Under the pieces are notes generated by a model, which worked only from the letters and a program-made list of their open reading frames with translations, was not told the origin of the DNA and did no database searches. This document shows positions 15,436 through 25,404 of a stretch of DNA of 64,000 bases, in pieces. The position numbers were made by a program, and so were the translations under genes. Where the stretch lies: the IMG/VR virus record IMGVR_UViG_3300028392_000029, positions 1 through 64,000 of that record. The stretch is one strand, 5' to 3'. The first letter of the stretch is position 1; every line of letters starts with the position of its first letter.

Positions 15436-16400
15436 GTTATGTCCTTAAACCATTTCTTCGCTCTTAATTGTATTTTGAGACTATTAGATTCTTTAGCATT
15501 AATAATTAACCATAAAGTAGCTAATCGTCCTAGCTTACATACTGCATCATTTACATCTTTAACACCGGCTGGCCAGTCCGGCATTGACACTGACCATCCG
15601 TATTCTACTGCTTGTTCTACAGTCTTAGGACCTTCGTGATCATAATCTGGAACAAGAATAATTTCTTTGCCTAACTGCTTGAGTAGCCAATTTTGACTGT
15701 CTTTGATCTCTGCTCCGAGTAAAGCACACCCATCAATACTTATCGCATCAAAAGGGCCTTCACACACAATTACGAAGTTGCGATCATTTGATTGCCTATC
15801 TAAATTAAACACATATCCCGGCTGTTGCTCACTGATATACTTAGGTTTAGTGTCGCCTATGGCCCGAGCTGTGTAGCCTACAATGACATTGTCCTTGAGG
15901 AACGGTATGATTACTCTGTTGCTAAACCCTATTTTCGGTGTCCAGTAAAACGGATAATCTTCGAGATATAAACTTCTGCTTGAAAGATATTCAAGTACAG
16001 GAATGAGCTTGTCCGGGATATGGTTCAAACTGGAAATAAGTTCGCTGTCTAATGGTAGCGCACGTTCTTCGAACTTAGGTATTATGCTTTGCACAACTGT
16101 GTTAGAGTTGTCGTTGAGTCGTAATGCTTCTAATCTAAGCTGGCTAATCGTATCGTCACTCATATTGAGCAACCGCATAAATTTACTCATCTTTTGACTA
16201 ATAGTTCTGCCAGGTTGCCAACTACATTTGAACTGACAATTGAAACAATGATAACTTACAGCATCACCGCCGTTGACGATAAATCCGCCACGTTGTCTTT
16301 TATCGTCACAACAGGGCGCATTAAAACTGACCCAGCCACTTGGAGTAGTTTTTCGTTTACCAGGTAAATGTGTAAGTAATGTTTCTGAAATTAGGCCCAT
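15432..16400 (-). CDS. DNA primase (T4 gp61-like)
   Basis: Zn-binding CC...CFNC; TOPRIM VCEGPFDA, PDYD, KDVND. Confidence 0.88.
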   Translation of the reverse strand: MGLISETLLTHLPGKRKTTPSGWVSFNAPCCDDKRQRGGFIVNGGDAVSYHCFNCQFKCSWQPGRTISQKMSKFMRLLNMSDDTISQLRLEALRLNDNSNTVVQSIIPKFEERALPLDSELISSLNHIPDKLIPVLEYLSSRSLYLEDYPFYWTPKIGFSNRVIIPFLKDNVIVGYTARAIGDTKPKYISEQQPGYVFNLDRQSNDRNFVIVCEGPFDAISIDGCALLGAEIKDSQNWLLKQLGKEIILVPDYDHEGPKTVEQAVEYGWSVSMPDWPAGVKDVNDAVCKLGRLATLWLIINAKESNSLKIQLRAKKWFKDIT

Positions 16401-16411
16401 GCCTAATTATA

Positions 16412-17284
16412 CTACGAAACAGTAAAAGATACAACCTTTCCGGGGCCATTAGTTGCGCCATAACCTCCATAAATATCCATATTTGAATAAATTGACGAAG
16501 TTAAGGGCCAGCCGTATGTTAATCGGAAATAGTTATAAGTTCCTACGGGAACGGTAACTGTAACTGTACTTTGGATTGAGGTTGGTGTGTTAGTTGCTTT
16601 GTTATCAAAAATTACAGTTTGTGCGGCATTTAACCAACTATTCACAGATATAGTCATATCAGAAGTGCTTTCTAAATAAATTTTACCTAGAAATCCTTTG
16701 CTGATAATCACTGCAAATGTTAGCTCAGTTGTTGGAACTGCTTCATAAAATTTAGCAGGAACTGCCGAACTATGATTCTGCACATTGCCGGCAAAATCAA
16801 TTTCACCGGTAAAGGTATCATACACTCTGTCATCTCTAAACGTCGGCATTGCATCGCCTACAAGTTCAATTTTACCAATAGCACCGAATCTACTGTCAGC
16901 ATATAACAATACATCTACACCATTTTTTAAAGCACTCACGCTGTAGGTAAGATACTGACTAGATAGCTCTGTCAAATCTTCTTGTGGAATAGTAACGCTG
17001 GCTAGACCCTTGCTAACCGTTTGATTTAGCGGAGTAATAGAGTAAGGACTGTTTGGTAAAGAATTACCCGCCATGTCCATTATATTAAGTTCTATCTGGG
17101 TTAGAGTTGCCAAGTCAATGCGTTTCTGGTCGGCATTCTTAATGTCGAACTCTAAGGTATTATCAATACCGTTATATATTTTTACAGTTCTCTGATACAC
17201 GATTGTATACTCCGTTGTGAATCCTGCCAGATCAGCTATTAGAGTGATTCGATTTGGATATAAATAACTTGAAATTTTTTGCAT
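16412..17284 (-). CDS. hypothetical (probable virion) protein
   Basis: Long beta-rich ORF; TAAATA upstream. Confidence 0.65.
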   Translation of the reverse strand: MQKISSYLYPNRITLIADLAGFTTEYTIVYQRTVKIYNGIDNTLEFDIKNADQKRIDLATLTQIELNIMDMAGNSLPNSPYSITPLNQTVSKGLASVTIPQEDLTELSSQYLTYSVSALKNGVDVLLYADSRFGAIGKIELVGDAMPTFRDDRVYDTFTGEIDFAGNVQNHSSAVPAKFYEAVPTTELTFAVIISKGFLGKIYLESTSDMTISVNSWLNAAQTVIFDNKATNTPTSIQSTVTVTVPVGTYNYFRLTYGWPLTSSIYSNMDIYGGYGATNGPGKVVSFTVS

Positions 17285-17309
17285 CTGGCAGGACCTTTAT
17301 ACTATATTT

Positions 17310-17684
17310 ATGGCAAAACTAAGAGACAACATCGAACAAAATCTACCCTTTATCAGTGTGTTAAACTACGGTGATAATGAATATGTGGGAATCATAATAA
17401 ATCAAGATCAGTTTGTTACCAGCTTCTACGATTTAAACGCTATCAAAACTCCAGAAGAAAAAACACTTTTTTTAGAAATAGGTGAAATTTGGTGGTGGGA
17501 AAGTAATCGACAATTTCCTATTAATATATTTTGTAGGGATCAAATAGGACCATTTGCCTATGCTATTAAAACATTTAATAGCAAGGATACTAGAGTAATA
17601 TTGGGACCTGTAGTTAATTTGATGAATCTTACTCTTAAGCGTGTTAAACGCAAAAGTGTTCAGCTAGTCCGTAGAGTTCGCTAA
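17310..17684 (+). CDS. conserved hypothetical protein
   Basis: ORF with WWWESNR motif. Confidence 0.65.
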   Translation: MAKLRDNIEQNLPFISVLNYGDNEYVGIIINQDQFVTSFYDLNAIKTPEEKTLFLEIGEIWWWESNRQFPINIFCRDQIGPFAYAIKTFNSKDTRVILGPVVNLMNLTLKRVKRKSVQLVRRVR

Positions 17685-18242
17685 TTGTTCACAAATTAAA
17701 TTCATCTGCACAACTATTACATGAGCATAGGCAATAGCATGTGCTTTCTTAAAATAGTATTCGTCAGTCGTTGGTTTCAACCAAACCTCGCTGAGCACGG
17801 TCTCCCAATCTTTCCCTATCAAATATCGTTTGGCCGGTCGAATGATTGCTATCAATGCCGCGAGCTCTTCTACGCTCTTCGGTTTCATTAAGCTCGTTAT
17901 GCTCGCGTGTCCGTTCACGTGAAAGAGCAGATTCACAAACTCTTCCTGTTGTAGTAAGTCCCATATTGGTTCAGTCTCCATTAATTGTTTTAGGTGGGCC
18001 GGATCTCGGACCTTGTCATATACACTGACATTTAAAAAATCTATTTTAAAATATCCTCTATTTTCTGCTGTCTTGTAGTCAATAGTACTTAATTTAGTAA
18101 ATGGATTATACGGAATAGAAGTGCAATATACTCCTGAATTATGCTTTTTAAAAGTGCCATCTTCATCAATTGAAGCTACCACATGCTTAAATTTTTCTAA
18201 AGCAATAGTTCTGTCTGCAAAGTCAATATCAATATCAGGCAT
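17664..18242 (-). CDS. minimal DNA polymerase III alpha (DnaE)-like protein
   Basis: PDIDIDF, KHNSGV, GYFKIDFL, FKKAHAIAY motifs in 192 aa. Confidence 0.8.
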   Translation of the reverse strand: MPDIDIDFADRTIALEKFKHVVASIDEDGTFKKHNSGVYCTSIPYNPFTKLSTIDYKTAENRGYFKIDFLNVSVYDKVRDPAHLKQLMETEPIWDLLQQEEFVNLLFHVNGHASITSLMKPKSVEELAALIAIIRPAKRYLIGKDWETVLSEVWLKPTTDEYYFKKAHAIAYAHVIVVQMNLICEQLANSTD

Positions 18243-18937
18243 TATAAATTACTCTCTTTAATAACTTGTCTAACAAACTCTAGATCAGCAGGCAACTTTT
18301 TAAATTTAGAGGCCCAAAATGACGGATCAATAATGCCAAATACTGCATTAGTTTGTTCGTCATTGAATTTTCTTAACATGTCTTTTCCATGTTTGCTATT
18401 TAATATTACCCAAGGGCTGATTTTTCCATCTTTAATATCATAACAGGCCCGGCTTAGGCTTACATATAAGAAATAATGATTCCACTGCGCATTATTAGTT
18501 TCTGCCCAACCCATCATATGATTGATACTACGTTGCAAGGCAGTTTCTACTGTTTCGGTCCTAATAAGATCTCCAACATACTTTTCATACAGTTCATCTC
18601 TACACCAGTGATCCAGTTTAATACCACTGACGACAATCCAGTCAATGAATCGTTCCGGGTAGAGAGGATTAACATTATTAACAAAACTGCCAAACTTAAC
18701 GAAAGCATTATAATAAGGGCTTTTAGCAAATTCGTCATAGGTTTTATTTTGTTTAAGTTGAGGTTGTGCTCGTCTAAAAAACTTATTAAAGGCATCATAT
18801 CCAATAACCACATGCTTGTCAGTCTTAGCCAACGCCCTACGTTTTTGTTCGCACACATGTACAAACAAAGTTTTTTCCTGCATGAATCCTTTGTTACAAT
18901 GCCCGCAAACGTAAGGTTGTTTTATTAAAGACATCAT
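18242..18937 (-). CDS. hypothetical protein with N-terminal zinc finger
   Basis: CGHCNKGF...HVC. Confidence 0.7.
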   Translation of the reverse strand: MMSLIKQPYVCGHCNKGFMQEKTLFVHVCEQKRRALAKTDKHVVIGYDAFNKFFRRAQPQLKQNKTYDEFAKSPYYNAFVKFGSFVNNVNPLYPERFIDWIVVSGIKLDHWCRDELYEKYVGDLIRTETVETALQRSINHMMGWAETNNAQWNHYFLYVSLSRACYDIKDGKISPWVILNSKHGKDMLRKFNDEQTNAVFGIIDPSFWASKFKKLPADLEFVRQVIKESNL

Positions 18938-19413
18938 TTAAGTTTTTTTGCAATAGTTGCCTCGTCCATCCCATACCCCCTAGCAAGCTCTTTTAGTTCC
19001 TTGTCAGTATGCATTTCAGCAAGCAATTCTAATTCGTCATCTTTATAGTTTGGATAAAGTTCTTCTAAAAATTTAATCTTCTTTCCAGTATTGCCTGTAC
19101 GTTTTTTATTACCCAACCATTGGTGAAAAAACACCTTTTCACCATTATAACTACACATACACAATAACTGCCACATTAACTTAGGATGTTTTTGTAGGCT
19201 ATTCCAATGCTTATTGAAATATTCATTTACTGCTAAAACAAAGTGTTCTTGTATATCTCTGCTCTGCCCTTGCACATTACTAATGTATCGATTAAGGATA
19301 AAGAATTCCTGTTTAAGACTTTTTTGTTGTTCAGCATCCATTGCGTCCCACAATTCTCGAACGTTTTGATCTACTGCCGCTAGCTTTTCTTTTAGTTCAA
19401 TCTTTTCGCTCAT
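18934..19413 (-). CDS. possible clamp-loader small subunit (gp62-like)
   Basis: ILNRYIS, NEYFN, HPKLMWQLL, HQW pattern; replication context. Confidence 0.5.
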   Translation of the reverse strand: MSEKIELKEKLAAVDQNVRELWDAMDAEQQKSLKQEFFILNRYISNVQGQSRDIQEHFVLAVNEYFNKHWNSLQKHPKLMWQLLCMCSYNGEKVFFHQWLGNKKRTGNTGKKIKFLEELYPNYKDDELELLAEMHTDKELKELARGYGMDEATIAKKLK

Positions 19414-19679
19414 ACCTTGTCCTTGGATAGCTTGTATATCATTATAACACGATCTAGAGCCTTTTGTAAAGTCACATTGGTTTTCGCCTCGCGGTGAATC
19501 TCGCCCCACATCTTGCTGTCCATTATGTGATCGTGTAATGGTCTGCCATCACTTGTACGTGGATCATAATTGTACCCAATTTCTTTTCGCGTGCCAGGGT
19601 CGGCCCCAAATTCTCGAGCATAGACCGTGCCTTTGTCACGCTCGTAAATATAATTTGCGCCTGGTTTAAGATTGCCCAT
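19410..19679 (-). CDS. hypothetical protein
   Basis: ORF within operon; YIYER..GTVYARE. Confidence 0.65.
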   Translation of the reverse strand: MGNLKPGANYIYERDKGTVYAREFGADPGTRKEIGYNYDPRTSDGRPLHDHIMDSKMWGEIHREAKTNVTLQKALDRVIMIYKLSKDKV

Positions 19680-20322
19680 TATTAAATTCTGCCATTACTT
19701 CATCTTTCGGAACTAGTCTAGCATCAAATGCTACTACAGTTCGTTCACCGGTACCATTCCAAGGATATACTGTGTGCGGTAAGTAGCTTGGAAATAACAA
19801 CATAGTTCCGGGAGTAGGACTATATTTCCATGTGTCGTTCATTATGAATTTGTTAATATCTCTAGTTTGCGGCATTCTAAATAATATCTGCCCATCAGTA
19901 GCATTGCTATTTGGTTCAAAGTCTGGAGCCTTGATGTACACATTTCCGCTAAAATTTCCAGCAGGATGAGTATGCATCTCTTGATAATCACCCGGCTCTT
20001 GTCGAATAGTCCATATACTAATAATTACAGGTTTACATAGTTTTAAATCATCAGTGCCGCTTTGTTGATTAATAATCTCCATATATCCTTCACACACAGT
20101 CTCCAGCCATTTGACAAGCCACGTAACATCTAAACTAATGGTGTTTGGATAAACTTGTATTTGCTGGCCACCGCGAATACTGAGAAATGGATTTAACGCA
20201 TCGTTAAGCTCAGGATGGGCGTGTAATGTTTCTACTAAATTATAAAGTTTACTAAATTCAACCGGCGGCACGTTATCAACAGCAATAACAACTGGTTGGA
20301 AGTAGGCGATTTTTAATGTCAT
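19666..20322 (-). CDS. putative 2OG-Fe(II) oxygenase (TIGR02466-like)
   Basis: HTH..SGNVY, LFPSYLPHTV, R..VAFD. Confidence 0.8.
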   Translation of the reverse strand: MTLKIAYFQPVVIAVDNVPPVEFSKLYNLVETLHAHPELNDALNPFLSIRGGQQIQVYPNTISLDVTWLVKWLETVCEGYMEIINQQSGTDDLKLCKPVIISIWTIRQEPGDYQEMHTHPAGNFSGNVYIKAPDFEPNSNATDGQILFRMPQTRDINKFIMNDTWKYSPTPGTMLLFPSYLPHTVYPWNGTGERTVVAFDARLVPKDEVMAEFNNGQS

Positions 20323-20331
20323 GATAAATCC

Positions 20332-20838
20332 TTATAGTATTTTATCTAATTGTATAATTTCACTTTGTCGACTAATTTCTTTAACAACATATACACAATC
20401 TGGCTTAGATCCAAATCTAGTAGGACTAGCTAATAGTTGTCCGTTTTTCATCTTTGGAAAGTACCATTTAACATCATTGTAAAAATTTACAATTTCAATC
20501 TTTTTAAACTCTACCCTAAACGAACTTAATGGATTAAAAACTAATGCTTCAAACCCTCGGTCATTTAAACTGGTTAAAGGTAAAATTTCAATATCACATG
20601 CACTGCTACTATCGCCTACTGCAATACTCCAATCAATCGGCATAGCAATCTCATCATTGCCAATACGCAGTACCATCGCTGGTGCGTTAAAACTTTCTAA
20701 GAAAATCAACGGCATGAAGAAAAAGTCTGGGTCATTAGGATTACTGTTATCTAGTACTGCAAATCTAGTGCTTTCATCCACCTCATCTGGTAAATTGTTC
20801 AATGAGAACGTTGTGTTATCTAATGTTAATATTTGCAT
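20332..20838 (-). CDS. conserved hypothetical protein
   Basis: ORF immediately downstream of the UvsW-like gene. Confidence 0.7.
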   Translation of the reverse strand: MQILTLDNTTFSLNNLPDEVDESTRFAVLDNSNPNDPDFFFMPLIFLESFNAPAMVLRIGNDEIAMPIDWSIAVGDSSSACDIEILPLTSLNDRGFEALVFNPLSSFRVEFKKIEIVNFYNDVKWYFPKMKNGQLLASPTRFGSKPDCVYVVKEISRQSEIIQLDKIL

Positions 20839-20844
20839 AATTCC

Positions 20845-22311
20845 TTATTTTTGCCAGTCTATCTTTTCAATGGTGAAAGGATACTTAGCGTCCTTGTAAA
20901 ATTTCTTTCTTTCTGTAAGATGCCGTTTTGCATACTTGCAGGTACTTGTTAAGTCCCATATTTGGACAAAATCCTTGTCTTCTGCCTTACGAATACCACG
21001 GCCTATACTTTGAATAACTCTAACAAACGATTTGCCAGGCTCCAACAGTACCATGTTAAAGATGCGAGGAATATTAATTCCAACAGCCGCGACGCCGTAA
21101 GTCGCAACAATAATTTTGTTATCGCTGGTTTTAATTTCGTCATATTCTTCTTTACGATCTTTAGTTTTGACTTCACCTGATACAAATACTGCTTCTGGTA
21201 ATTCGTTTATTATAAATTTGCCTGAATCAATTCTATTGACTAGAACTAGAGTGTTGCCTGTAAGCGATACTTTTTTAATAAGTTTACTGATGTAAATCAT
21301 TCGATCATCATCAGTAACAAGATATTTTAATTCGTCGGAATAACTGCTAAATTCTGGTAGATCAATCATTTGTACAACATTCACGTGACATGTGGATAAC
21401 ACTCCCATGGTCTGCAATTCATGCGCTTTGATACCTCCAACAACTGGCCCAAGGCTTGCAAAAATTTGTTCAGATTCGAATTTTTCTTTAGGAACTGTTC
21501 CAGTCAACCCCCAACGAATTGGCGCATTACACAAGTTTTGTGTGAGTAAATTCTTCAATACCTCGGCTTTAGCCATGTGTACTTCATCAACAATAACAGT
21601 TCGTACTCCATCAAGAAATTCTGCCAAGGTGACAATTTCATGTTCGTGGTTTTTACTTTTCTTGTCTAAAATGTTAAGACTTTGCCATGTACAAATAGTG
21701 TGTGTCTTGTTAAGATCTTTGCGATCTCCGTAGTAAACACCAACATCTAACCCAACTGCAATAAAGTCTTCTTCTGTTTGTTCTACTAGACTTTTGTTAG
21801 GAACGATTGTGATCGTACGTCCATATTTTTCTGCAAGTTGCGATAAAGTTGCAGTTGTAATAGTTTTACCTGCGCCTGTGGCGATTTCTTGCAGTGCTTG
21901 GGTGTTGGCTAAAAATGTATTAATCGCATCAACTTGATAATCTCGCAACATGATAGGTTGGCCTTCTTGTTGATGCCCCTTTGGCCATACTTTGCCTTGG
22001 TCAGCCCAGTAGGATTCTGTTACAGGTACAAAATTAATTTGGGGAGTTGTTCTCTGATCATCAACATCATCAATATTAATACCTTGTTTAGATAATATCT
22101 CTAAAATCTTCTCTAGCTGGCTTAGATAGCCATTACCACCGAGCCCAAATAAACTAACCATTCCGTCCCAACGTCCTAACTTAAACGCAGGATGATATCT
22201 AGCATACGGAATCTCATACTTAAATGCGTTGGCTAACTTCTTACGAGCATCAAGTGGTAAGTTTTCAAGTTTTATATTAACTTCGTCGCGAATTACTAAT
22301 TTTACGGCCAT
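20845..22311 (-). CDS. uvsW: SF2 DNA helicase, UvsW-like
   Basis: LRDYQ, ATGAGKT, DEVH, GLTGT, QSIGRGIR. Confidence 0.9.
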   Translation of the reverse strand: MAVKLVIRDEVNIKLENLPLDARKKLANAFKYEIPYARYHPAFKLGRWDGMVSLFGLGGNGYLSQLEKILEILSKQGINIDDVDDQRTTPQINFVPVTESYWADQGKVWPKGHQQEGQPIMLRDYQVDAINTFLANTQALQEIATGAGKTITTATLSQLAEKYGRTITIVPNKSLVEQTEEDFIAVGLDVGVYYGDRKDLNKTHTICTWQSLNILDKKSKNHEHEIVTLAEFLDGVRTVIVDEVHMAKAEVLKNLLTQNLCNAPIRWGLTGTVPKEKFESEQIFASLGPVVGGIKAHELQTMGVLSTCHVNVVQMIDLPEFSSYSDELKYLVTDDDRMIYISKLIKKVSLTGNTLVLVNRIDSGKFIINELPEAVFVSGEVKTKDRKEEYDEIKTSDNKIIVATYGVAAVGINIPRIFNMVLLEPGKSFVRVIQSIGRGIRKAEDKDFVQIWDLTSTCKYAKRHLTERKKFYKDAKYPFTIEKIDWQK

Positions 22312-23504
22312 TTTACAATTATCTTATGTTCAAGTAGTGCGGGTTGTTCTGCGTATTCAACTATCAAATCACAGCAATTGGTATACACTGAAGTTTTGCC
22401 GTGTCGCATACCCATGCGTGTATCGACAGCAATAACACTCATAGGCTTCCAGGGGTTTTTTAGGAAAAATTTCGGTATTTTTCCACCTAACAATGAAGCA
22501 ACTTTTGTGTCAACATCTAATGGATAATTGTACTGCTTGGATGAAATAAATGAATTGAATTTTTTGCCAGCGTCGTCGTTTGGTAGTCGAAAATAAATTC
22601 CTACGTGATCAAAAATACCATTATTTTCCAACGCTTCCGACAAAATTTCGATATTTTCTTGGAATTTTGAAGTAGCATTTGGATCAAACACAACTAGTAG
22701 CGGCAGTCGTTTTAATTGTACCAATGCCTTGATGACATCAGTCAGTGTATGCTGTTTTTGATCAACCCACACTCTAGGAGTTGATCTATTAGCCAAATAC
22801 TCTACCAAATTTTCGCCTGGATTTTTCACATTTTCTGTGAAATATTGATAACGCATACTTCGATCGTTTATGACGTTTTGATCAAGTGCTGTTTCAATGC
22901 CAAGGTCGGCTGTGATAGCCCTATGAAAGTTTGGATATTCAATATTGGTCAATAACATCCGATTACGGATCTCAGTTTCTGACCAAGATTTTATGGTATT
23001 GTAGTGGTTTTCTATGGAATCTGAAATTTCAAAGTTTAGTGGAGTCAACAAGTCGGTCAACATTACAATGTTTTTTTCAGTTAGGTCTGCATGGTAGTAT
23101 TTTCCGGGAGACAACTGTATTAAGTTATCAACCGTCTTAGTTGCATCCAGCAAAATCTTCCGAATTTTACCAGAAGCAGTTACTTCTAGCTGTAATACTA
23201 ACTCATCTTCGGAATTTTTGACAATACTAAATTTTAGCACTTGTTCGATATGTCGAAATGGTCTAGACCATGTTGGAGATTCTAATACTTCGTAAATACT
23301 GTTATCAATAGTTGACAATTTTTCTTTATTATCTTTAAGAATTTTTAATAATAGATTAGATTGCGATTCTGTTATGAACTGATAACCAGTCATCGACGTC
23401 GCTAGGCTATTTAATACTCTTATGTCTCGTTTTGAAATCAAAGTATCAATGGCTGGATTAGAAAAATTTATAATTTGTAATAGAAGATTATCAACAGTTA
23501 TCAT
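22302..23504 (-). CDS. hypothetical protein
   Basis: 400-aa ORF; likely start MITVD just after promoter. Confidence 0.7.
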   Translation of the reverse strand: MITVDNLLLQIINFSNPAIDTLISKRDIRVLNSLATSMTGYQFITESQSNLLLKILKDNKEKLSTIDNSIYEVLESPTWSRPFRHIEQVLKFSIVKNSEDELVLQLEVTASGKIRKILLDATKTVDNLIQLSPGKYYHADLTEKNIVMLTDLLTPLNFEISDSIENHYNTIKSWSETEIRNRMLLTNIEYPNFHRAITADLGIETALDQNVINDRSMRYQYFTENVKNPGENLVEYLANRSTPRVWVDQKQHTLTDVIKALVQLKRLPLLVVFDPNATSKFQENIEILSEALENNGIFDHVGIYFRLPNDDAGKKFNSFISSKQYNYPLDVDTKVASLLGGKIPKFFLKNPWKPMSVIAVDTRMGMRHGKTSVYTNCCDLIVEYAEQPALLEHKIIVKWP

Positions 23505-23510
23505 AAAGTA

Positions 23511-23539
23511 AGTATACACTAATTTGTTCCATAGATCAA
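23511..23539 (-). promoter_or_regulatory. sigma70-type promoter
   Basis: TTGATC-N17-TATACT on minus strand. Confidence 0.65.
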
Positions 23540-23549
23540 CCTTTTAGAC

Positions 23550-23584
23550 AAAAAAATAGGCCTCAATATTATTTAAGACCTATT
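23550..23584 (-). terminator. intrinsic terminator after uvsY-like gene
   Basis: AATAGG..CCTATT stem with U-tract on minus strand. Confidence 0.55.
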
Positions 23585-23606
23585 AGTCACCGTTTGGTGA
23601 AATTGA

Positions 23607-24059
23607 TTATAGCGTTGCGTCTTCCATTCCTGCAACACGTAATTTTACAATGTTAGTGAGTTGCCATTGTTTTTGATCGAGGGCTTTGGTAATACCTAAC
23701 CATTTGTTTCTAAGCAGAGCAAACTCGTTGATAATTTTTTCAAAGTCGACTACATCTGATTCGCCTTCTACATATTTTTCGCAATCTCGGCTACTTAGAG
23801 CACGTTGATAGTTTTCTAAGTATTTTCGAAAATGCTGACTTTTTAAACGCCTAAGTTCAATGTTTAAGTATTCTAAAATAGCCTCAATTTCTTGAAGTTG
23901 GCTAAATCGTTGTTCAACAACGCCTGGCATACTTGCCGAAGCCTTCTCAATATTTCCGACGATGCGGCATTCTAATCTTGCTTGGTCTAACTCAGCATTA
24001 TAGAATTCAACAGCGTCAGGGATATAAGAAATATCCTTGGCTATTTTATTATACCACAT
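23607..24059 (-). CDS. uvsY: recombination mediator, UvsY-like
   Basis: Helical 150-aa protein ending KQWQLTNIVKLRVAG; lies between UvsX and UvsW. Confidence 0.7.
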   Translation of the reverse strand: MWYNKIAKDISYIPDAVEFYNAELDQARLECRIVGNIEKASASMPGVVEQRFSQLQEIEAILEYLNIELRRLKSQHFRKYLENYQRALSSRDCEKYVEGESDVVDFEKIINEFALLRNKWLGITKALDQKQWQLTNIVKLRVAGMEDATL

Positions 24060-24298
24060 TAAAACTCCAATTCACCGTAGTCTTCGTCGTCTTCTTCTAC
24101 TTCGTCTTCGTTTAGATAATAACCAATTGCTTGATCTAAAATTTCATCAACGCCAACTGCTTCTTGCAACACCTTGTCTGGTACACCGAAGTCTGCCAGC
24201 ATGTCAATATAACGCTCTGCTACAGTTTCTAATTGCTTCTTATCCATATATTCAACGAACATTAACCATATGTCGCCAACTTGAGTTTCATTCAACAT
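24059..24298 (-). CDS. small acidic protein
   Basis: ORF with an acidic tail. Confidence 0.65.
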   Translation of the reverse strand: MLNETQVGDIWLMFVEYMDKKQLETVAERYIDMLADFGVPDKVLQEAVGVDEILDQAIGYYLNEDEVEEDDEDYGELEF

Positions 24299-25343
24299 TT
24301 TCTTCTGTCTCCTCAGGAATAGTAGTTGTTAAAGGTTTGATATGAAAATTCTTCACTATCATATCTAATTTATCATCTTTCCATTCTTTTCGGTAGAATA
24401 AGAATTCTTCACCTGTAGTCGGATCTACATACTTTAGTCTGTTTCCTTGCTGTACAAGTAATCCTGCTTTCTCAAACAAATCAACTAGACCGCTGTAAGG
24501 ACTCATACCGGTTGAATATGGAATTTCAATTTGCAATGTCTCAAAAGGCTTTGCATACCGAGTTTTCATAATCTTACAGGCAGCACGGATACCATGCACT
24601 TCGCTGGTCTTAGTACCGTTTTCATCAGTCTTAAGTTTAAGTTTTTTCATAGCAACAACAATACTAGAAGCATAAACGAAACCTTGTCCACCTGAGATTT
24701 TGTCGTCTGGATCAAACATGTCTTGACTTGCGTATGTATGATTTGTACAAACCATACCTACATTTAAATTGCCAAACATGTTAACACAATTACGAACTAG
24801 TGCTGTAAGTGCTTTAGGTTTACGACCCATATCGCCTTTTAGATCCCCCGCTTCAAACTGATTGATATCAGTAGGAGTGAGCAACATACCTAGGCTGTCT
24901 ATGACAAATAAGACCTTAGGACGATCTGCCATTTCTTTATACTCTTTAGTAAACTCGTGAATGGTTTTTGCCACATCATCGATCATTGCCATATTGAGTT
25001 TGAGAAGTTTTTCTTCGCTTGTATCTACACCTAAGTCGTGTAGCCATTTTTCATCAAGTGCGTTTTCGCTATCAATTAAGATAACATAAATGCCTTGTTC
25101 TTGTGCATTACGTACTAGATTGCCTGAACAGATAAAACTCTTACCTGCACCGGATTCTCCAGCAAAAACAGTAACTTTACCCAATGGTACACCTTTGTTA
25201 AAGTCTCCGCTAATGAGATAGTTCAAAGCATAATTGCCTGTGCTGATCCAATCTGTAGGGTCGTTAAATCCTACACCTAGACCATCGATCGACTTGGTCA
25301 AGGTTTTTCTAAATTTCGATAAATCGAACGCCTTTGTGGCCAT
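24288..25343 (-). CDS. uvsX: RecA/UvsX recombinase
   Basis: GESGAGKS, IDSENA, VIDSLG, SGGQG motifs. Confidence 0.92.
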   Translation of the reverse strand: MATKAFDLSKFRKTLTKSIDGLGVGFNDPTDWISTGNYALNYLISGDFNKGVPLGKVTVFAGESGAGKSFICSGNLVRNAQEQGIYVILIDSENALDEKWLHDLGVDTSEEKLLKLNMAMIDDVAKTIHEFTKEYKEMADRPKVLFVIDSLGMLLTPTDINQFEAGDLKGDMGRKPKALTALVRNCVNMFGNLNVGMVCTNHTYASQDMFDPDDKISGGQGFVYASSIVVAMKKLKLKTDENGTKTSEVHGIRAACKIMKTRYAKPFETLQIEIPYSTGMSPYSGLVDLFEKAGLLVQQGNRLKYVDPTTGEEFLFYRKEWKDDKLDMIVKNFHIKPLTTTIPEETEENVE

Positions 25344-25404
25344 ATATTTCTCCTAAATTATAGATAACCTGGGCGTACAACTAGATTGCAGAGGCCCAAG
25401 CCGT

